Of a stretch of 64,000 bases of DNA, positions 54,455 to 62,306 are shown piece by piece. Position 1 is the stretch's first letter; each line of letters begins with the position of its first letter. The position numbers and the translations under genes were made by a program. Source of the DNA: an uncultured Gammaproteobacteria bacterium (GTDB lineage: Bacteria; Pseudomonadota; Gammaproteobacteria; CAWCPV01). Where the stretch lies: contig CAWCPV010000004.1 in assembly GCA_963797555.1 (NCBI GenBank), forward strand, positions 768,001 to 832,000, in the 5' to 3' direction. The notes under the pieces were generated by a model. That model was not told where the DNA came from. It did no database searches and saw only the letters and a program-made list of their open reading frames with translations.

Positions 54455-55348
54455 CTATCGTGGCACCGACACCGGGTCCTGGTGGATGATCACCTCGGCA
54501 TTCTGGTAGACCGCTTCAATATTGTCCCGCACCTCGTCGGCCACGGCGTGCGCCTGCCGCAGGGAGAGCCTTCCATCCATCTCGAGATGGAGCTGGATGA
54601 AGATGGACCGCCCGGACCGCCGCGTGCGCAGGTCGTGCACCCCCCTCACCTCGGCGTGCTGCTGGGCCAGTGCGGCGATCCGCCGCCGCTCCCCCTCCGG
54701 GAGCTCGCGATCCATGAGTAGCTGAACGGCCTCCTGCCCGATGTCCCAGGCGCTGTACAGGATGTAGGCACCTATGGTCAGTGCGACGAACGGGTCGGCC
54801 CGCTGGGCTCCTAACAGCGCGTTTGCGCCTAACGCCACCAGGACGCCGACGTTAGTCAGCAGATCGGTCTTATAGTGCAGGGCATCCGCTTTGATCGCGG
54901 TCGAGCCGGTCCGCTGGATTACGTAGCTCTGCAACGCCAAAAGCGCCAAGGTCGCGACGATAGCGAATACCATCACCGCGACTCCGATGGTAGTGTTCTC
55001 CAGCGGCGTCGGATGTACCAGGCGATCGAGGGCCCGGTAAATTAGAAAGCAGCCTGACATAAGCACGAAGATGGCCTGACCGAGGCCGGCGAGAGACTCC
55101 GCCTTGCCGTGACCGAAGCGGTGGTCTTCGTCTGCGGGACGCAGTGCGTAACGGACTGCGAACAACAGGATGAGAGACGCCAGCGCGTCCATGCATGAGT
55201 CGATCAGCGAGGCGAGCAGGCTCACGGAGTCCGTCGCCAGCCAAGAGGCCAGCTTCGCCACGACTAGTACAAGGGCTGTGGCGGACGAGGCGTAGGTGGC
55301 CAGACGCAGCAGCCGCGCCTCTCGAGGCAGACCGACCTCAGCCATCAT
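54455..55348 (-). CDS. fieF: Cation diffusion facilitator (FieF-like)
   Basis: SLIDSCMD, PADEDHRFGHGKAESLA, ADALHYKTD, HDLRTRRSG, IIHQDP. Confidence 0.9.
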   Translation of the reverse strand: MMAEVGLPREARLLRLATYASSATALVLVVAKLASWLATDSVSLLASLIDSCMDALASLILLFAVRYALRPADEDHRFGHGKAESLAGLGQAIFVLMSGCFLIYRALDRLVHPTPLENTTIGVAVMVFAIVATLALLALQSYVIQRTGSTAIKADALHYKTDLLTNVGVLVALGANALLGAQRADPFVALTIGAYILYSAWDIGQEAVQLLMDRELPEGERRRIAALAQQHAEVRGVHDLRTRRSGRSIFIQLHLEMDGRLSLRQAHAVADEVRDNIEAVYQNAEVIIHQDPVSVPR

Positions 55349-56030
55349 CGGGTCTGCTCGTGGACCCCATAACGTTTCTCAGCGCATAGACGGCGCCACG
55401 TGGCCGGAGCGGCGCGATCCGATGAGGGCCGCGAGCGCCGTCGGCAGTACCACCGTGAATTACCGGAGATTCGTTCCCAAGAGGCCGATGCCAATGGGAG
55501 ACGCGTCCGGGAGCGTAGCGTAACCATCGGGCCAGGGCAAGCCGCAGAAGCACCCGCGCTACGCGCGCCACCGTCGAAATTGGCGGTCGGCACAACTTCG
55601 TAGCGCGCCCGTGGTCCACTTATTGGACGACGGTTCGTGGGCAGGCTCCCGATGCGCGGGACCTGTCCCCCAAAGCGGTGCTAGTCTCGTGCCACTTGGC
55701 TACCGCACCCGGCGACGACGAATGCGGCGAGCGCTGTGAGCCGTCTGTTCATGGCGGTCCAGCCTCACGTGAGAAGACGCACGTAGAGGCTCGATTGCCA
55801 GGCTCGTTGGAGAGCCGCGGGCCCATGTTAAGATGGACACCCCGTGGAACCGAAGCGTGTCTAACTGCGGGGATCCCGAGGTGTTCGCGCGGCTGCAACG
55901 CGCCGCCCGGTGCGGTGCCAGAGGCCCGCGGCGAGCGGCTCCACCATTGCACCTTCGCGGGCGTGTTGCCGGTGCTCTCCTCACGACCCCGGGCGCCGCC
56001 ACGGTCAATCTGAGTGAGGTTCTTGTCAAC

Positions 56031-56855
56031 ATGTCGCTAGGCTCGAAGGCGGGCGTCTACGTCAACGTCATGAACATGTACCGCAACGGCGGCTACAAGA
56101 TGCGCTACGACACGCTCCGCGAGTTCGCCTGTCGCGAGGGCGGTGATCCCGTGCGCCTGAATGCCTACGCGACATTCGACGCGGAGCGGGCAAAGAACGA
56201 CTTGGAGTATCGCGCGGGTACAGCCAACTTTTTCTCCGCCCTACGCGACTTCGGCTACAAGGTGCTCATTAAGGAGGTGCGGTGGTACGAGGACGAATCG
56301 GGTAAGCGGTACGGCAAGGCCAACGCCGACCTCGACTTAGCCGTGGACGCCTTGCTGCAGTCCGAGAACCTGGACCGGGTCCTTATCGCCAGTGGCGACG
56401 GGGATTTCGCCAGGGTGGTGCGGGCCCTCCAGAACAAGGGATGCCGGGTGGAGATCGTGGCGCTGGACAACGTTTCGGCCGACCTGCGCAGGGAAGCGGA
56501 CATGTTCATGTCGGGCTACCTAATCCCTAACCTCATTCCGGTGCCTCAAGGTCAGGACCGGCCGGCGTGGGGCGAGTTGGGATCTCGCGTTCGGGGGGTG
56601 TGCTATTGGCACAGCGACCAGGGCTACGGGTTCATGCGGTTTCTGGAGCGGGTCGGCCCGGGTTTATGGCTGACCGACGCGCGACTTCCGGATTCGCCTT
56701 ACGCCACCGCCTTCTTTCATGACTCGAACCTGCCGAGCGACGTGCCGGTGTCCGTCCTTCCGAGCCGCAACCACATCTTAGAGTTCGAGCTGGCGCGCTC
56801 GTCGCGTGGCGAGGGACTCCAGGCAGTCGATATTCGCCTGGCGAGCCGCCTGTAG
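56031..56855 (+). CDS. NYN (LabA-like PIN) domain protein with C-terminal cold-shock/OB-like domain
   Basis: KANADLDLAVD, SGDGDF, GCRVE...LRREADMF. C-terminal GYGFMRF...AFFHDSNL...EFEL...GLQAVDI. Confidence 0.85.
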   Translation: MSLGSKAGVYVNVMNMYRNGGYKMRYDTLREFACREGGDPVRLNAYATFDAERAKNDLEYRAGTANFFSALRDFGYKVLIKEVRWYEDESGKRYGKANADLDLAVDALLQSENLDRVLIASGDGDFARVVRALQNKGCRVEIVALDNVSADLRREADMFMSGYLIPNLIPVPQGQDRPAWGELGSRVRGVCYWHSDQGYGFMRFLERVGPGLWLTDARLPDSPYATAFFHDSNLPSDVPVSVLPSRNHILEFELARSSRGEGLQAVDIRLASRL

Positions 56856-56866
56856 ACGACCGACGG

Positions 56867-57337
56867 CTAGGGTTTGAATACCATCCAGTAGAGGTTGGCC
56901 AGGGGAAGGGCGAGCGCGAGGGTGCCGCCCGCGATCCACAGCCGCTCCAGCCGCCAGTAGATCTCGGGGATCGGTCCGCCGCTCGCGAAGCTGCGCGCGA
57001 GGCTCGACTGCTTGCGTTGAATGGGAATGAGGGCACCGAACCAGATGACGCCGGAAGCCACGAACAGCCAATAGCCCCACGCAAACCACCGCGCGTGTAG
57101 GTAGTCAAGGTGGAAAATGGCAGTCATGGCAATACCCGACCCCAGTATGAGAACCACACCCGCGGAGGTGAAAATGAAATCGTTCAAGGCCACCAAGCGT
57201 TGAGCGAAGGCCACAATCTTTGGGTCGGCTTCCCGGTCCGCCCGCAGCTTCCACCACCCGGTCACCAAGATGTTGCCCAGGAACAGGATGGCCCCGAGGA
57301 TATGCAGGCTCTTCAGAAGAAAGAACAACTGGCTCAT
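56867..57337 (-). CDS. DUF2269 membrane protein
   Basis: LKSLHILGAILFLGN...D.IFT...W...YWMVFKP. Confidence 0.85.
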   Translation of the reverse strand: MSQLFFLLKSLHILGAILFLGNILVTGWWKLRADREADPKIVAFAQRLVALNDFIFTSAGVVLILGSGIAMTAIFHLDYLHARWFAWGYWLFVASGVIWFGALIPIQRKQSSLARSFASGGPIPEIYWRLERLWIAGGTLALALPLANLYWMVFKP

Positions 57338-57748
57338 GCGCAGACGAGTGGCGGTGGTCCTGTGGCCGGGGCCAGGAGATGGCCTCGTCCCTCATCAAGG
57401 CGGATGCGTTACGATGACCGCATCGAGCCTTCCTGCCGGGGTCCGTGCTCCGGTGCGGGTCGGTGCCGCCCCATATCTTGCACCTTTCCTACGGGATGTC
57501 CAGCTTGGTGCGCCCGGCCCGTAAGGGCGAGTCCTGGCGGACAGCCCGATCCCGCACCCAATCTCGATGACCGCGCGCTCAACGCCCTCGAAGAGACCCA
57601 CGCGACGCTGTTGGCGGGTCCTGGACGAGGACCCGCAGCAGCCAGGTCCGGAGCCACGAGACCGCGGCTGCTCTCGGCACGTCTGAAGCAAACGGGCGAA
57701 CTGCTTCTCCGCGTGGGCGCGGGCTGGTACAATCCTAGCGTTCTATTC

Positions 57749-57821
57749 GGGCCGTTAGCTCAGTTGGTAGAGCACCGGACTTTTAATCCGAGGGTCGTAG
57801 GTTCGATTCCTACACGGCCCA
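57749..57821 (+). tRNA. tRNA-Lys(UUU); CCA not encoded
   Basis: GGGCCGTTAGCTCAGTTGGTAGAGC...CTTTTAA...GGTTCGATTCC...ACGGCCCA forms a cloverleaf with a TTT anticodon. TGnTACAAT extended -10 at 57725-57733. Confidence 0.97.
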
Positions 57822-57950
57822 CTCTCCCAGAAGGGTTTTCAAGGGTAGGCGAGTCACAGCAAAAACGTGTCACGGGACGTGTCATAGAATCCGGCAAGGG
57901 TGTCACATGTAACGGCGCGACGGTGCTGTTACGATGCAGCCGGCACCCAC

Positions 57951-57973
57951 AAAAAACCCCGCTCAAGGCGGGG
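57951..57973 (-). terminator. Rho-independent terminator
   Basis: CCCCGC-CTTGA-GCGGGG followed by TTTTTT on the minus strand. Confidence 0.7.
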
Positions 57974-58121
57974 GCAGGGGGGGCGGTACTGTGCCCCCTA
58001 TGGGTCAGGGGGAGATCGCGGCGCCTGGGGCGTCAGGTGAAGCCTGCGCCCGCCGTGCAGTAGTCGCGGAGCACGGGAGAAGGGTCAGCCCTATATCAAA
58101 ATATGAGGAAGGGCTAAGAAA

Positions 58122-59178
58122 ATGGGCAGAACATGCCCAGCCTGCGGGCACGAGCGCACTCCCCAAGAGGACCAAGTCTATCCGGATTGGCAGTGTCCGG
58201 CTTGCGGGGTCGTCTATTGGAAGGCTGAGGCCAAGCAGGCCTGGCAGCATCTGGAGGCTCGGCCGGAAACGGCCCCGATGCCAGAACACGATCCAGAGCC
58301 GCCCAAGGCATCAACCCACGGCATCCGCGAGAAGGGGGTGTCTGGACTGGAAGGAACTGAGTCCCACGAACTCCTGGCCCTATGCGACACCATACTTCAG
58401 GACAACGAGGTCACCGTTGAGGAGGTGTTTGGGCTCGGAGAGTGGCTCAAGCTCCACGAGGCCGCGCGTCTGGTGTGGCCCGGCGAAGTTCTCGCGCGAC
58501 TCATTCAAGCCGTTCTCTTGGACGGGAAGGTCACCAAAACCGAGTCTCCGACGCGTCAGCACCTGTTTGCGACAAGTGCAAAAGGACTGGGCAAAGCGCC
58601 AGCAGGAGAAAGTGCGGCAAGATGCCATCGAGAGCGCCAAATCGGCGGCGCGGGCAATGGATCTATCCCAGGCGAAACTGCCCTCCATCTCTATCACCCT
58701 TTACGTCAAGTCGCACACGGACCGGACTCTCCAGTATGCGGTTGATCTGACTGGACCATCCTGCACGTGCCCCGATTGGAAGTCGAATCGAAGCCATTTG
58801 CCGCCAAGCGACCTCACACGAGCCTGTAAGCACGTGTTCGATGCATTTGGTCAGATCCGGCCGCCTGATGGCTGGCCCGGCTGGATGGGGTCGTTTCTCG
58901 AGCACGGATGGAAGCCTCATCCGCAAACGCGATGGCTCGTTTCCAACGTGAACGAGCAATACGTTCTCATTTCGAGCGCTCCGCAACGATGGGCGAACGT
59001 CTTTTCGTCCGTGGGAGGCTCCTACCAGCGATTCGGCTACAATGTTGACGAGCAGCGTTGGTCCTATGGAATCGAACCCCCCGATGCGGGTGTCATTGCC
59101 AAGACGATTTCCCGCGGTTTCCAGGGCGACGAGAAGAAGGGGATCGCAGGTTTCTTCCGCAGGCTATTAAGAGGCTGA
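58122..59178 (+). CDS. Cargo protein: Zn ribbon, helical domain and SWIM Zn finger (frameshift at ~58545)
   Basis: CPACGH...CPACG, then LCDTILQDNEV..E...L.EWL...WPG..L...DGKVTKTE, then YAVDL...SCTCPDW...CKHV (CxC..CxH). Confidence 0.7.
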
Positions 59179-59185
59179 TTATCCA

Positions 59186-60016
59186 GTGAAAAGCCTCGTG
59201 ACACACGACACAAAACTTGCCTTGCTTCTTATTTTAGCTATCACATTCATCGCAAATACTGCGGATGCGCAGGTTGTATGCGATAAGTTCAAGTTAGTTG
59301 CACAATTAACAGGGTCGACTCTCAATCTTTCGGTAGATACCGATCTGCCTGACAGTGCGGTTGTCATGGTAACGGTGTCACGGTCTTATTTGGAACAAGG
59401 CAACGCGTCCACATACGTGTTGGATTATTTTTCACAGAAGAGTAGCGTCGGACAGTGGAGGTCTAAACATAGCATCTCCGTTGACAATGATAAGTGGAAT
59501 TCTGCGCTTAGAGAAAGGCAGGAATTGGCGTCCAGAGCCGGAATTGGTTTTGGTGTTGCCTCTGTCAGCGACAATATCACGGTTAGCATGGTGGTTCCCA
59601 TTAACCAACCAGATCCGCGGTTCGGAAAAGGGAACTCCGAACTCACCGGCAAGGCGGTAAGCACAACCGGCCTCCGTGTCGTTAAGGATAAAATGGAGAT
59701 CAACTATCCGTTGAGTGGAGCACCCATTGGCAAGTCCTCATATGGGAACCCCTTACAATTGGAAGTCGGTCAAAGTTACATCGTTACCAAAAAAACGCCT
59801 CTTATGCCATCACACAGCCCGGCCGATCCCATCGCAGCACTGCAAATGGTCAAACAAATTCCAAACGGCGGGGGGTTTACAGTGCTTGGCACGTTCGATA
59901 AGAAAGGTAACCGATGGTATCAGGTAAGCGCATTTGACCAAAGACTTGAACCGATTGGGACGGGCTGGATTAACAGTGGGGCCTTGCTTGGCCAACAACT
60001 CAAGGCCGTCCGCTGA
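59186..60016 (+). CDS. Low-GC secreted cargo protein with SH3-like C-terminus
   Basis: Signal peptide ending ADA. C-terminal FTVL...WYQV......GWIN resembles bacterial SH3. Visibly AT-richer than the host. Confidence 0.65.
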   Translation: MKSLVTHDTKLALLLILAITFIANTADAQVVCDKFKLVAQLTGSTLNLSVDTDLPDSAVVMVTVSRSYLEQGNASTYVLDYFSQKSSVGQWRSKHSISVDNDKWNSALRERQELASRAGIGFGVASVSDNITVSMVVPINQPDPRFGKGNSELTGKAVSTTGLRVVKDKMEINYPLSGAPIGKSSYGNPLQLEVGQSYIVTKKTPLMPSHSPADPIAALQMVKQIPNGGGFTVLGTFDKKGNRWYQVSAFDQRLEPIGTGWINSGALLGQQLKAVR

Positions 60017-60316
60017 AGTCGCAATGCGGGTCCGCTTCAGAATCTCGAATAGCTGGCGCCGGGTCGTCGGAATTGGACCGAACTCCTTCGCATGAAGTAA
60101 TGCGGTCTCGAATGGACCGATGCCACGGGCTGCCCGGATCTGGCGCCGCAGGGCGATCAACACCGCGCCCGACCGGGACCACGTAGAACCCGAGACCATG
60201 CTGGCGGCTTCGGCCAAGTAGGCGTCACGCACCAGCCGCCGAAGGGCCGCACGGGAGCGAACCAGCTCGCGCAGGGTCTCCTCGGGTATCGCAGTGACCC
60301 AGGCGGGTGCGGTCAC
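59810..60316 (-). CDS. Hypothetical satellite protein
   Basis: GTG 60316 coupled to the upstream stop. RRLVRDAYLAEAA...PTTRRQLFEIL. The 3' end overlaps the cargo gene antisense, so it is uncertain. Confidence 0.4.
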   Translation of the reverse strand: MTAPAWVTAIPEETLRELVRSRAALRRLVRDAYLAEAASMVSGSTWSRSGAVLIALRRQIRAARGIGPFETALLHAKEFGPIPTTRRQLFEILKRTRIATSADGLELLAKQGPTVNPARPNRFKSLVKCAYLIPSVTFLIERAKHCKPPAVWNLFDHLQCCDGIGRAV

Positions 60317-60615
60317 CGCGGAATCGGTGCCGCAGTCGGTGGCGCCGGCGGCCGCGGCGGTGGCTTCGCAGCGACAGCGGCCGCGGTGCCGACAGCCTGT
60401 GCGTACGAACGCAGCGCCGCATCCGCTGCCTCGAAGCGCTCCAGGGCCTCCACCTTGCGCCCGACCGGAATTAGCGGCTCGATTCGAGCCCACAACGCGG
60501 CCACCTGAGGCAGCTTGATCGTATTGGGCGCGGTGGAGTCGATTGAAAACCCGCGGGACGCTGCCTCGGCAAATACCGGCTCGGGTGCGAAGTTAGGATC
60601 TGGCTGTTTGGGCAT
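60313..60615 (-). CDS. Hypothetical satellite protein
   Basis: AAGGAG RBS before ATG 60615. About 100 aa with a Pro-rich tail. Confidence 0.5.
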   Translation of the reverse strand: MPKQPDPNFAPEPVFAEAASRGFSIDSTAPNTIKLPQVAALWARIEPLIPVGRKVEALERFEAADAALRSYAQAVGTAAAVAAKPPPRPPAPPTAAPIPR

Positions 60616-61117
60616 TTGGGTCTCCTTGTGCGGTGGTGGGCAATTCATTCGAGCCAGGGCCGCGGCTCAGCTCGGTCAGAACCGCGCGGATCTCGTTCGC
60701 CATCAGGGCGTAAATTCGCCGCTCGTCGGCCTCTGCCGCGAGAATCGAAGCCAGGCGGTCCGGCAACGCTTCCAGCTGGTCACGAGCGATTCGCGCAAGT
60801 GTGAATACGGCCGAATTGGTGCGCCGGATGACCTCAGCGTTAATGTCCGCCGTGCGCTTCTCGGTGTAAAGCCTCTGTGCCCGCCATAACAGGGCGCGCT
60901 CCTCGGCCGCGTCCAGCATCATTTTGCCGTTGGGTTTATGTTTGACGGTCTCGCGGGCGAGAAACCAGGCAAAGACCCGCGCCGTATCGTACACATGGCT
61001 CCGGCCGCGGGCGCCGCGCTCCTCGATGGGCAATCCTGCGCGTTGCAGCTCGGTCAAGGTCCTCTGACTCAATCCGAAGATGTCGGCCAACTGTTTTTTG
61101 TTGACGTTGATGCCCAT
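60593..61117 (-). CDS. Terminase small subunit, lambda Nu1-like
   Basis: MGINVNKKQLADIFGLSQRTL...GLP...G..G....YDTA.V..W parallels the Nu1 N-terminus (MEVNKKQLADIFGASIRTIQNWQ..GMP). Followed by a coiled coil. Confidence 0.9.
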   Translation of the reverse strand: MGINVNKKQLADIFGLSQRTLTELQRAGLPIEERGARGRSHVYDTARVFAWFLARETVKHKPNGKMMLDAAEERALLWRAQRLYTEKRTADINAEVIRRTNSAVFTLARIARDQLEALPDRLASILAAEADERRIYALMANEIRAVLTELSRGPGSNELPTTAQGDPNAQTARS

Positions 61118-61149
61118 TGGCCGAGGAAGGAACTCTCTAGGTTGTTGTT

Positions 61150-61207
61150 ACGCTAGGCAAATTGTGCAGGCTTGCCCGCCGCAGTGTGGGAAGGCTTAGA
61201 AGGACCC
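61150..61207 (-). other. Putative cos packaging site (cosQ-like GGGTCCT plus GC-rich cosN-like stretch)
   Basis: Minus strand reads GGGTCCT TCTAAGCCTTCCCACACT GCGGCGGGCAAG..., just upstream of the Nu1-like gene. Lambda cosQ is GGGTCCT. Confidence 0.5.
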
Positions 61208-61226
61208 GCTAATATACTCATGCTCG

Positions 61227-61538
61227 TCAGATGATCGGGTTCGCCACCAGCAGCAACACATCCGCGTGGCACCGCTCGCCCAGCTCGCACCAGCAACACA
61301 GATCCTTGCCTCCCAGCTCGCGCCGCACATCGGCCATGGTGTACGGCAGGCGCCCGGCGATCAGGTCCTCCTCGTAGCGTCCGACGGCCTCAGCTCTGCC
61401 CAGCTTCCGCCAGTCGTGCGGGTTGCCCCACTTGGAAGGACGCGACACCACCACGGCGCCCTCGGGCTTGCGCCACCCAGGGCGGCGGCTGCGCTGGATG
61501 CGGCGGGGGCCGCTCGTCATATCATCGTCATCGCTCAT
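61227..61538 (-). CDS. DUF4326 domain protein
   Basis: RPSKWGNP, ELGGKDLCCWC...CHADVLL. Confidence 0.9.
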   Translation of the reverse strand: MSDDDDMTSGPRRIQRSRRPGWRKPEGAVVVSRPSKWGNPHDWRKLGRAEAVGRYEEDLIAGRLPYTMADVRRELGGKDLCCWCELGERCHADVLLLVANPII

Positions 61539-61696
61539 GTTGGTCGTTGCCCTCGTGTTGAATCGTCATGCGCCGGATGCACCGGCTCGTTGCTCCACCA
61601 GTTCACCGCACCCCCGGCCGCCGCCTGTTCACCTTGCCCTGCCGCCAACGTCGCAGCAACCTGCGCCGCCAGCGTCGTGACGGGCGTCTCATGGTC

Positions 61697-62306
61697 TTAT
61701 GCCCTCGTGTTGAATCGTAGGCGCCGGATGACCTCTTCCACGTCCGCCCCGATGCGTGGCGGCGAAAGTATCCACAAGTGCGTCTCCGGTGGTCTCCACA
61801 TCCCCCACTCGGGAGCAGCGACGCACTGCCAGCCGTGTTCTCTTGCCCAGAATGCCGTACCCTCGGGGTCGTTGTGGGCACACTCGCCATAGGGCTCGGT
61901 CGTGACGATGTACCCGCCGCCATCGCGCCAGATCAGCGTATGGTCGAAGTATGGATGCCACATCAACCCGTGGGGAGGGAACACGCGACGGTAAGCCTCG
62001 CTCGGGCGTAGCCCGGTGGCATCCATGAAAGGAAGCATGTCGGATGATGCGACATGCTTTCCGCTAGCCTTTGGGCTCTGCCGCATCCATGAAGCTCACC
62101 ACGCGCTGCCAGGATGCCCGCTCCCTCATCGCGATGGCCCAGTTCTTGAACCGCTCTGTAGAGGTAAACCCGGGCGGTATCCAGAGCGCCCCGTAGTAGT
62201 GCTTCGCGGGATGCCGAGCCCGGATGAAACCATCCAGCACGCCGCGCGGGATGGTCGGGTCCCAATGCGTTCCGCCGTAGGGTAGCCGTACCGGGATGTC
62301 GTTCAT
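61697..62306 (-). CDS. Phage-type hypothetical protein split into two ORFs (62064..62306 and 61697..62038)
   Basis: FMDATGLRPS...DHTLIW.D......TEPY. The two halves share an 11-bp direct repeat, and removing the 64 bp between copies fuses them in frame. Confidence 0.5.
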
